DNA from: Raillietiella orientalis
Lineage: Eukaryota
DNA: 64,000 nt
NCBI GenBank assembly: GCA_036172245.1
Contig: JAYWIR010000007.1
Location: forward strand, 4,092,001 to 4,156,000
Reading direction: 5' to 3'
The notes below the pieces were generated by a model. The model searched no databases. It was not told the origin of the DNA and worked only from the letters and a program-made list of their open reading frames with translations. The position numbers were made by a program, and so were the translations under genes. Numbering within the stretch: the first letter of the stretch is position 1; each line of letters starts with the position of its first letter. Positions 29,300-40,510 of the stretch are shown here, piece by piece.

Positions 29300-30127
29300 T
29301 TACTTCCGCGGGCGCAGGCACTTGGCCATGTCAAAACCGAGGCTTGCTACGTGGGCCTTCAGCTCGGCCAATTCTTCGCTGAGCTCTTTGCAATGCCCTT
29401 CCAGCACCCTGATCTTCTGGGTGGACAGGAGCACTTCCTCCGACAGCTCCTTGTTGCGCCTGTGCTCCGTTCTGTACAAATCCTCGTACAGCCTGCTCTT
29501 CTCTTTTAGTTTCGACATTTCTGTGTCTCGTTCTAAAATCACAACACACAATCAGGTTTTCTTTCCTTCTTTTCTTTTTCTTTCTTTCTTTTTGTCATTT
29601 GGAAATACATCATAGTGCAAAAACAGTCACATACTGCAATACTTGATTTTTTGGATGTTGGCTAACAAGTTATGAAGGAGTAGCTCTCTATCAAGTAATC
29701 GCTATTAGCTGTTGCTGGTTGCACGTGCAACAGCACCCTAATTGGGTAAAGTTGTCAGAATGGCTAAAGTCTTCACTTACGTCTCAAAGTTATATTGCAC
29801 TGGTTTAGTTTTTTGTCCAACTTTTCACATTCGATTGTCTGCATGGGAAAAGAGAAGAAGAAGAAAGTACATGTTAGCCAACGAATGGGGTTCCAAGAAT
29901 ACCTACTGTTTTCGTGAGTTGCTTGTCCATGTTTGTAAGCTGCTCTTTGAGTCTCATTATTTCAGATTCATTGTCTGCCTTTAAGGCAGTAAAAGAGTAA
30001 AATTCTTATTGTAAATTTCCACTGTTTTTATACAATTTACCTTACTTTGTACCATTTCACAGATCATGTTGCGAAGCACGTGGATATCGAAATTATCCAG
30101 CTTGTTCATTACACTCAGTTGTTCGAC
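29300..30127 (-). CDS. Orphan coiled-coil protein, last four exons (5' end not resolved)
   Basis: Exons 30041-30127, 29907-29978, 29781-29838 and 29300-29532 with GT-AG introns of 62, 68 and 248 nt, phase-consistent. Translation: VEQLSVMNKLDNFDIHVLRNMICEMVQSK-ADNESEIMRLKEQLTNMDKQLTKT-TIECEKLDKKLNQCNITLRQ-RDTEMSKLKEKSRLYEDLYRTEHRRNKELSEEVLLSTQKIRVLEGHCKELSEELAELKAHVASLG..., with heptad L/E/K character. Confidence 0.72.
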
Positions 30128-32027
30128 CTCAGAAAAAAGTCATCACACGTCTGACGTCATCATACACCACAATTACTCTGAAACAAGAACCCTTTCAGTG
30201 TTGTCGAACAAAGGGGAATCATGGGAAAGACCGACACTTGCAAGAAACGAACACAATTCTCATTACGGGGTTGCTGCTATATTCTATTTGACTGTTCATA
30301 GGATCCCAAAAATGAAAGAACCGTATGTTCGATTCCCAAAAATTAACAAAGTTTTGGATGTTTTGGTTCTTTCAAATTCATGTTTGCGATTTTTTTCTGC
30401 ATTTTCGACGCCGTTTAATCCAGGGGTACGCTCGCACCAGGAAAAAGCTTCATTCCCCAAATTCAGTGTTCATTTTTCTTCGATACACTCTCATTTACGA
30501 AATCAGTTACAACAAATATGGAAAGAAAACACAAGCGGAAAGATCCAAACAGAGGGAATTCACATTGGAGAAAACCAGCTTGCTCATGACACAAACTTCA
30601 TGTTGACACTGTGCTCATCAAATGAATAGCCGTTATGAAAGACAAATAGTGCAGGCAATCGAAAACACTTGAAACCGCAAACAAGCGACTCCCCCAAAGC
30701 TCCTCAATTTTCACATCACTCGATGCCAAATCTTTTCGGTACGTGTGGAGGGCACCCACATTTTTTTGTTTCTTATTTTATTTTATTTCCTTCTGTTCAG
30801 TGCTGCTCGCCTTCCGCTAAGACACTCCCGCTAATCGCTTTCCACATTCCTCTCGTACATCTGGTACAGAATTTCGAAACATCCAAATCTTCAGAAAACA
30901 ATTGTGTGTTAGGGGACACAAAAACGAACGGATTTCGAATTCGGAAAGTGCTTACGATGAGAGCCCGCACTCGGATTGAAATATTTTTTCTTTCTTTTCT
31001 TTCTTTTTTTCTTTTGATTTTTGCCGTATTCCATTTCGTGAAAAGAAACAAGATGAGTTATTTCACTGACTGGCCACGATTTCTAGATTTCCATCCACAA
31101 TGCACGCTCAAAGCATACTTACAGAAAATTGTGTTTCGCGTATTGCAAGTTGTTTTCCTTTTTCATGCTATTACTTTTCGATGCTGCTTATATCGACAGA
31201 TGTATAACAAGTGGTGAAGTGCTCACTTTCAAACGAGTAAATGAAACACGAAAGTTTTGTGATTTCAAATCGGATTTCTGTTCCTTTCTTTTTTTGGTTG
31301 CCAGTCTCAAAAAGTTTTCATCACTTTGGCCTACAGAACGGAGTAGCCATAGTAACATAATAACATATGAAATTTCGAATACAAAAATTGCTTTTGTTAC
31401 TGTATTCTGGATTATTTAACAAGTTTCTTTGAAAAGAAAGAGGGAAAAAGTGCAAAACAAGTGTTTGGGATAATTTCACAAGTTGTGTAGTAATGACGAA
31501 ATGCTCTCGAGATTGTGCTGTGTTTACAACGTGAAGTTTTTAACCTGGCCTGTTGTGGCATTTCCATTTCCATTCAAGTTTGGGAATTTGTGTTTACAAC
31601 TTGGATGCCTTTTTAGCCATAAAACGCAGTCAACTTGAGAAGCATTTGAATATTAAATATTCCATACGGAGAAATAAAATATTTCTCAAATGACAATCAT
31701 GCCTTAGATGCATATCAAGTCTAACACACAAGTTTATTATTCCGTCATACCTATAAAAGCTGCAGTACATATCTATCACATATGCAAGTAGTTAGATTTT
31801 CTTTACAGTTTGTCATTTGCTCGCATAAGAAGATCCTGCCACAGACACTGATGTAAAATCTGAAATTTCTGAAGAACTTTTTCTGCAGACGGAAATCACA
31901 AGTGCAGCCATACAGCAACAGATATTTTATCATGTTCACACTGAAATATAAATATAAAATTGAAAATAGCTTGTGAAGCTTCGCTACATTAAATAGTATT
32001 ATTCTTATGTGAACGAACGCCAAGATT

Positions 32028-32342
32028 CATTTTCGATTAATACAAAAACTGTTGCTGGAATGGCTGTGGAGAATCTTTAGCGAATGATGTTTCCACCGGT
32101 TGTCTTCACGGTTCCTCGGCGCTCTCTTCCTGGGTGAGAGCATGGTCCAGATCATTTGGTTGGGCTGCATTTTTTTCTTTCTTACATGTATTGCATAGAT
32201 GCTACTTGAGAAGAGGATGCAGGTGGCTACCATCCGCCGCCGAAGCCTTATCAGCTTCTTCTTCGGAATTCCTAGGTATTGCAGAACGTTGTCGTTTTCA
32301 GGATCCCATGCTCCAAGTGGGCCGATAGGGATCGCCTGCACT
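32028..32342 (-). mobile_element. Second, shorter 3'-end copy of the same RLE non-LTR element (inverted)
   Basis: Reverse complement of ~56271-56585 with roughly 9 substitutions. It encodes IGPLGAWDPENDNVLQYLGIPKKK... Confidence 0.92.
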
Positions 32343-32507
32343 AGGGCGCAAGATTCAATAAGGCGTTACTGATTCTTGGAGGAGTGCATCGTTCTTCGAT
32401 GAGTTTTTTTTTTCTTCACCTTTCTTGACTTCTTGATTATTGCATTTCAACAGAGCTTTGCAAGATTAAGTTGCTGGATTTTCGAGCTTTTCTAGTGAGG
32501 AGAGAAG

Positions 32508-33186
32508 ATGAGGCAGCAAATCCAACTTGAGTGTCTCCCTACTCTAAAAGCATTACGAAACATCCCGACGATCCAGATACATTGGATTGAACATGGAACA
32601 CCAGTGAGTGACCTGCGCACTGATATGCTTGGAAATGCAGTGAGACCTAAATAAGAAATAAGCAACCCTCTGGAAACATCCAAAAACAGCATTCCAACAG
32701 CTTTAATATATGCGCACTTTTTAAAGAGGAAGCTATTTCATTAAGGCGGGAAAAAAAAAAAAATATATTTCACTGAAAACAAGGGACTGCTATGTGACTT
32801 ACTGTGTAGGCCATACGTGCCTTCGCATTACACTGCAAAAGATTTGGCATGACCCACGGGACATTGACTAAGTTCCAGAACGGACTCGGTCAATCTCAAT
32901 GTATTAATGGCCTGCTGATATCCCAACGTGATGCTGTTTCCTGCAGACCCCCGCACTGTTAAGAGTGAGTCTTCGTAACGGAAATTTGTTGAATGAAATC
33001 CACAGTTGCAATTCAACGACCTGGAACCCTGTTGATCATTTCGCCCCTTAACGAATCTACTGAGAAAAGCAACACTGAACAGATTTCGTATGTGGATTTG
33101 TGTGCAAATTTTAAGGTTTGACAATTTTAATAAGATCCATGCGATTAGATAACTTTTACGGAAAGAACCCATGTAGCAACCCATAG
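32508..33186 (+). CDS. Possible small 5-exon orphan gene (112 aa) or spliced lncRNA
   Basis: Exons 32508-32603, 32810-32900, 32947-32964, 33006-33087 and 33135-33186 join in frame through GT-AG introns (206, 46, 41, 47 nt; donors GTGAGT, GTATTA, GTGAGT, GTATGT). No recognisable domain. Confidence 0.3.
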
Positions 33187-35240
33187 AGCACATCATGTTG
33201 TGATTAACACGCTGACCATTCCCCTAGTGAAGCACTGAAGCATGGCCCATATATTTACTGCTCTACTGTGGTAATTTTCAGGGAAAGAAACAAAAGAATA
33301 CGGTGTTTCATGTATTTAGTCCACACACGTTCTGCATATGTGAATCAGGGACATCCGATATCTCCCTCGTGACACGAAGAATGTGGCGTCAAGAACATGG
33401 AAACTGCACAAACCCACGAAACCGAGCAAAATTTAATTTTTGCCCTCTACATGTACAGCTTGTATTCAGATGGATGAAAAATATCTATTGGGTTTGACCC
33501 TAAATGAAGCTTTCTTGTTGTCTTATCTCCATTGAGCTAATTTCCGTCCTTATATCATCAACAACTAATGTCAGTCTCTTTGCATTCGTTTTCCACGAGG
33601 TTAGCTTATCTGTACGTTTACTTTCCCAATTTTTGTCAATCTCATTTCGCTAAAGTGAGGGAAATGAAGAAGAAATTCTGAGCCGAGCTTTACAAAGTAC
33701 CGACACATTGCCATCGTACTCATGGGTGGAAGGAACAAGCTGAATTTGGAAATGTGTCGCTGATGCATGATGTAAAAACGGAGACATGAGGAAAAGGGAA
33801 AAGCAAAAACAAGGTTAATTTCATCATTTGTACATATGAATGGCCTTTTCAGATAAGTAATTATCGGAGATTTCGAACCTACTTTCCACTGAATTGTTTC
33901 TCGTCTAGGTCATGATGTAGTGCATTCTTTTTCCTAATGTTGATATGGAGGGTTCCAATTTTTTTCTTTCTTTCTTTCCTTTTTGTTCCCAGCACTTTTC
34001 TGAAAAACGCTGAATCTAGGTTAATGGATCTTTGGTTCGGACTCGAAATCTAATGATGCTTCTGAAAATAGGCTCAACTTTCTTGAAACCCTTATTTTGT
34101 CCTTTGGTGTAGGAAGAACTTGCTTTCAAAATTCAAGGTGCACTTTTCGTGTTCCAGTTCATGCACTGTGTGTGCACCGCTGTGGCAACTCAGGAAAAAT
34201 AGCTGAATTGTTTGCCCTTAATGCTTACTATTTCCACTCTACAATGCATTGCATGCAATTATTGGAAAAGCATTGTACGCGCTTTTATGCAAGACCAAAC
34301 GGCTAGGTTTCTGCAACCCTGCTCGAGTTTCCGTTACGGGTGCCATAGAAACTGAAAGTTACCCGCGGTTCATTCAGCTTGTTGATGCCGAAATTTCAGC
34401 AAGGGCTCTGATTATTTTGCGTAACCGTTTATTTGGTTATTTATCATATAATACTCTAAGATTAAGCAATGTCCCACTGCGAATCCAGTATTTATTATAC
34501 ATCCTCTTTGGACGCAAAAGTCTGTACTTAAAGGATTTGATATTGGCATGGTTTCTAATCATTTGACACCAATATGCGTGGATCGCTGCAAACACATGGA
34601 AAATTTTTTTGCTTAAGAATTGAATGGGCAGATAATAAAGGGGGGGTAGAATGTTGAGATCGAAGAGCAGCATCTTAGAATTTGCGTAGAGCATCCTTTG
34701 CAGTTACCGCAGATTCATTCAAGTGTCTTTCCCCGATTCGCGTTACTAAAAATTGGAAATAGAAGGGAATCACAAATATCGTGTGCCTCACCTCAACAGA
34801 GGTCCACACCTATGCTCAAATTTCAACGAATTATGTGTGCCTCGTCTTGGAAAATGCAAATCATTCGTGCGTATACGTATGTAGAGTACGTGTTTTGGGC
34901 TTAATCAACTGCCAAATGCAGGTGCTGAATTCCTTTAATAAGCATATATCTTCCCTAATGACCGACCGTCGTGATGCTGATAGCACTCTGCCAATATAGG
35001 ACAAGGATATGCTAAAATTCCATGCACTCCTAATTGTATTCCAAAGCAAAACATCGCGCTTTTCCCTTTCGCTGCCACAAACACCCATCAGGTTGCTTGC
35101 CTTTATGCGAGTGGATTTCAATTTCTTTTTTCTTGCAATGATGTCCGAATGCCTGTGCTTGGCAGCACTACGTTGGGTGGAAGAATATTCTCCTATGAGT
35201 ATGCAGAATATGGAGCAAATAACTGAAATGCTTGAAATGT

Positions 35241-35246
35241 TTTATT
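35241..35246 (-). terminator. Poly(A) signal AATAAA of ACAT1
   Basis: The minus strand reads TGA T AATAAA, placing the hexamer 1 nt after the stop codon. Confidence 0.55.
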
Positions 35247-35247
35247 A

Positions 35248-37397
35248 TCACAGTTTTTCGATAATCATTGCAGATGCTCCACCTCCACCATTACAAATGG
35301 CAGCACAGCCCAACTGTCCGGGTGCTAATGAATGCACCAGATGAGCAACAATGCGACATCCCGACATTCTGTTGGCAATTCACAATGTGGCTTATCGTTA
35401 TCATTGCTTACCCAATAGGATGTCCCATACTAACGGCTCCTCCATGTATATTCACTTTGCTCATATCAAGATTAAGCAATTTCACATTTGCAATTACCAC
35501 AGCAGCAAAAGCTTCATTGATCTCCCATAGAGAAATATCATCTTGATGTATTCCTGTTTGTTCTAAAACCTTATAGGGTCCGTAGTCATGAAATAGAAAT
35601 GGATGCATAAAATGCAATTACTTTAGGAATAGCCCATCTTGGGGCAATGGGGAAATCAATAGAATCAGTAGCTGCATCAGCAAAGCCAACAATTCGAGCT
35701 AATGGTTTCACTTTCAACCGATCTGCTGCTTGACTTGTTAACAAAACACAGGAAGCTGCTCCATCATTGATACTGGAAGCATTAGCTACTGTGACAGTGC
35801 CTTCCTTCTGGAAAGGTCATCAAGTATTTCTAGTTGGTCAAATGAACACTATTGCAAAACCTACCTGAAAAGCAGGTGATAAAGTTGAAACTTTGTCAAA
35901 TTTTATTCTTTTGTATTCATCGTCCTCCTGGAACACAACATCTGGCTTTTCTGGAATTTCCAAAATTTAAGAGGAACTATCTGCTTGAAAAACATACTTT
36001 TGCCTCCAGGAATAGTCACAGGCACCAGTTCAGCAGTAAATGCCCCATTCTTGTAGCCTTCAGCAGTACTCTTGTAGCTGCGGACTGCATATTCATCTTG
36101 CTCTTGACGACTAATAGACAATTTTTTGGCTGTATTCTCAGCACAGCATCCCATAGAAATATGATGAAATGAATCAAATAACCCATCAAGTATTAAACCA
36201 TCCTACTAGATCATGAAGAGTATCCCCAACATCTTTCACACATACATTCAACATGATTCCTCCAAGTGGTATATCCGAACGGGGAAGTAAAAATGGTACA
36301 TTACTCATGCTTTCCATTCCACCTGCAACAATCACCTCATCATGTCCTAACATCAAATTCTGAGCTGCAATCATAATGCTTTTCATCCCTGAAGCACAAA
36401 GCTTGTTAACAATTGTAGTGGGGACTGTATTTGCTATTCCTGGAGATTCCATTGAGAATATTAGATGCATTTTTGGCAAATTCATTACCAGCTTGAACTG
36501 CAGCCTGCTTAGCAGGATCTTGACCACAACCTGCAGAACACACAATCCCCATGTAAACACTGTCCACAGCATCAGCTGGAACACTAGCTCTTTCCAATGC
36601 TGCCTGAATATCCATACATGAAAATGCCCTCAGGTATACCAAATCAAAAATCTTCATAAAAAATACCTTGATGGCCACTGCACCTACTTCATGTACTTTC
36701 AAAGATGAAAGCGCTCCACGATAAGAGCCCATTGGCGTTCGCACTGCTGATGCAATAACAACATCATTGACTGTACTAACAGAACTGAAGTATTTCAACA
36801 GCCTTAAATGCGATGTTGATCTGTTCTGAATGAAAAAGACATCAGCTGCTTTGAAATTTTTCAAATTATACAGATAAACCCGTAAATTTGTAAGAAAAAC
36901 AGTCTAAATACGGGAAGTCTGTAACACCGACAACTTCACTGTTTCCGTACTTTTCAGTAGGAATGTCTTCAAGGTGATATGTATTTACAGAATTCACATA
37001 TGTCAGTGCAACAACGTAAAAGATCTGCACGTACAACCAATAGAATAAGTTTATGACTTAAGCCATTTCGGGGAAGCTTTAATAACTTTCTGCTAACGAG
37101 GATGACCTTTCCAGAAAAACTTCTGGGTACTCCAATGTTTCTACAGGATGTTCGAAACAGAATTACAAAGACAACACTGACACCACCAACAATAGACAGA
37201 AACATGTTTTTCGTGCAAGTTCAAAAAATCTGGTAAACAAGGAATTCAAATAAGGTAACAAAAAAAAAGAAAACGTATTTTCGATTAGATCCACGAAAAA
37301 TTCCTATTAAGAACAGTTAAGTTCAGAACATCCTCAAAATTTCATCGAGGAAACTTAAGAATTTTCTTATTAATCGTCAACTTACCAAAATATTCAT
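35248..37397 (-). CDS. ACAT1: Mitochondrial acetyl-CoA acetyltransferase (thiolase T2), 9 exons, ~411 aa
   Basis: Exons (minus): 37386-37397 (MNIL, least certain), 36667-36825, 36489-36603, 36246-36439, 35998-36202, 35865-35950, 35622-35807, 35412-35569, 35248-35368. All introns are GT-AG and phase-consistent; the total is 1236 nt = 412 codons. Thiolase motifs: [16 protein letters not shown] (catalytic Cys), [37 protein letters not shown] and [10 protein letters not shown] (T2-type). The N-terminus is basic/hydroxylated, like a mitochondrial presequence. Confidence 0.96.
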
Positions 37398-40304
37398 AAT
37401 TTGAATAACTGCTTAATACAAACAGTAGTATACTAAACACAAGTAGAGGACTGTGAGTTCACCGGTATCATGTCGAAAAGCCGCAAGATGGCAAGTGCAT
37501 ACCGGTGGAATTTCGTGATTTTTTTAAAAAGATCACTTTCCATAAGCCTTATGGAAAAAGGCTTCAAAATATTTGATGAGCGTGATAGAAAACTTGCAGG
37601 CAGAAAGCAAGACAGCACTCCCTATCTTCAGTTAAGATCATGTAGCGCATCACCAAATATCTCTGAATACTTGGTATCATATGATTTCGTAGGTAGTTTC
37701 GATGCATACAGATAAAGAAATCTATATATCTTTCTTTTGGAAGGCATTTAGTACTGACACAGGAGTGAGAAAGAGAGAGAGAAAAGCTTAACAGGTAACG
37801 CCACTGAATATTCATTAGCAATTCCAAGTTTTCATTTCATTAATTAGGAATCCCAAAGGAATCACTGAAATCGTTTCCAAAGGACTCCGTAACTCTTGTA
37901 ATTTTCCCTGAACAATATTTTTTGAGTTTTTTTTTGTTTTGTTTTTTGAATTACCCTAAGCAATCTATAAGTAACACCAGAAAATCTACATAAATGAATC
38001 GTATAAACGTACAGAGGCTTGAAGCAATTTCAGCAAGAGTTCAGACGCTCAAAATTTAAACAAGATGGATCGAGATTTGTTAGACTGAAAAAATTCAGAT
38101 GCCAACACATTCACAGCTGAATGTGACCACTCTGATTTCACGGATTCAGCAATCAGATGTGAAATTGCAACGAAGTTTTGCTTTATGCTTTAAATCTCAT
38201 CAAAATAAAGTAGTTAAGAAGTTTCCTGATAAAGTAGTTGGAAGCCGTTAGAAAAAATTTTGTTCTTGTGTTTAAATGTCTGATTTGGAATCCTGCTGGA
38301 ATTACTACTATTCTGATAGTATTCGAAATTTTAGGAAATCATTTTCATGAAGTGCTTTCTTTCGTTTTTTTTTTTTTTAATATCAAACATTTCATAAATT
38401 ATGGATTTGTGCACCAGATTTCTATGAAGTCTGAGAGTTGGACGAACCGAAAGTATGTTTTTTTTCTTCTTTCTTCACGTTGTCACGTGAAAAATTGTTG
38501 CACAAATCGATTCGGAAATCTTTTGGAGGAGGCTACTGCTTAAATATTCTTCACAGATTTCTTTATCTGGTTGATGCCTTTGAAAAGCATTTCCTCCCTC
38601 GAGTGAAACTCCAGGAATTTTCGAGTTATCTGGAGAGTTCGCAATTTCGTATTCTTCATGCTCTATTGGAATTGAATCTAAGCATCCTGGTATATTGTAA
38701 TCTTGATTATTTGATTTCACAATCTACTGGTTACTTTCCATCGGAGGTTAATCTTTAATCTTTATTTGTCCGTTCTAGTTTTCTCCTAATATTCGCATTC
38801 GTAAGATTGTCTCATTTCGTTCTTTCTTCTTTCTTTCTTTTTGCTCTAACAAGTTAAATTAAGCCAGTGTTATTCAAGTTCTTTGGCTGATTTATATTCA
38901 TAACAATAGCAGGATTTCGAACTTGGCGAACACAAATCAAAAACTCGTAGAAAAGTGCGCCGAGGCCAAAAGACTTTTAGAATATGGAATCGAAGACTTG
39001 TACCGAGTCAGCCACTGCTTGTTCCTTTCTGGATTTGTGTACCTTTATGTCAAGCCTCATAAAAATATCGAGAAGCTTCTATGACAAAGGCAATTTGAGA
39101 TGCGTCGAAAAGGGTATCTTCTTTTTCTTGAAGCAATCTTATGGATGCTTTGCGTTCTCAGCTTCGTTTCAGATAGAGGGATCAAAGTTTGGTTAGGGGT
39201 CCAAGCCATCTCCTGCATTCTGACCTCTTCGAATAGAAGACTGGCCGGAGAAAATGACTCTTCCAACTCCTTACTCTCTGCTCCGCACTATCCATTCTCT
39301 GTTCCTCTTCCAGCTACGACCAATTCTCTGTTGCTATACTGACACAGAACCCGAGAAGAATCCTCGCATTTGATCTGACTGGAGCCTTCTTCCAAAAATG
39401 GGGGAAGGATCCCGTAGAATGCTGCATGAAAGAAGGAAAGAAAAATAGCAAGCAGGAAGTTGGTGTCTGGTTCCTCGTTCGCAGAGGTTCCTCTCATTCT
39501 TTCTAGGAAGTTGGGTCATCAGCGACTTCCTCTAGTTGGAATTCGGAGTCCTGGAACAGGAGCTCCCTCGTAGGACGGGAGAAGAACACTGTCTCTTCCT
39601 CACAGCATCACACAGTTGCTGTTTCCTCTGTGAGAGGAAAAACAAAAAAAAAGCAGGGTTCACGTGGAATAATGGAAACTACGCCATCTTATCTCTGGTG
39701 AGACAATTCAGGAGGTCGCATTTGAGAGTAGGCTGGAAGACGGAAGACAAGGTAACCAGAACGACAGGGACGCCTTCCCTTTCCCGTCGGATCGACCAAG
39801 CACGGAATCTCGTTTCGTGGATTTCGTCGCCACCATCTTCCGGCAGCCGCTCCTTCCCTTCTCACTCCCCTCTTCTCTTCCTGTTTGGCGTTTCGAGAGC
39901 ATGAGACACCTTGAGGACGGTAAAGCGTCTTTCCGCAGCCGAAGGAACCGGAGCAGTCGGCACGCCCCTCCCGAAGAGGAGATCCAAGGCCATCCTCTCC
40001 CTCGTAGATCTTCTCGTCTCCACCACCTCTCTTCCGCTCGAGCGCATTCCCTACCGTTCCCAGGGGAGCAGGAAACTCGCCCTCTAGGATAAGATTTTCT
40101 CCGGGATAGCGAACGGGGACCTTCTGCTTCTGGAAGTGTTCAGGGTGGGTCACTACAAGAGGTGCTGCCTCCCCTTCCTACCGGAAGTCGTTCGCGGGCA
40201 TCTACCACCTACACGCCTCTCCAGGGGTTGCGGGATGTCTGAGAAAAAAAGAAGGGAAACAGAAAGCTCTAGGATGCTCTTCGGGAGCATCCTAGAGGAA
40301 CACT

Positions 40305-40510
40305 CCGTCGAGGCGGAGCCTCCCGCCCGACGCGTGCGAGGTGCCCTCCAGGGTCATGTCCGAGGGTGCGAGGAGCGATGGTGACCCTCCCACGTTCCGG
40401 CGAGGACCCGCCGATCGGAAGGAAGGAGGAGGAGGGGGAGAGAGAGAGGGAGGAAGGGGAGAGGAGCCTCGTTTTTGTGATTGTGTCGCCTGAGGTTTCG
40501 ATGATGATGG
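40305..40510 (+). repeat. 206-bp dispersed direct repeat, copy 1
   Basis: CCGTCGAGGCGGAGCC...GTTTCGATGATGATGG appears identical to 46977-47182 (offset 6672). Confidence 0.95.

Noticed and set aside
29630..29705. Extra exon RLLDRELLLHNLLANIQKIKYC in the coiled-coil gene
   Set aside because: No acceptor in the required phase; the flanking exons join in frame without it.
33499..33650. Minus-strand exon-like peptide RNEIDKNWESKRTDKLTSWKT resembling the DNAJC8 C-terminus
   Set aside because: The similarity is only a few residues and no J-domain (HPD) exon is visible upstream. It may be an unknown exon but cannot be named.
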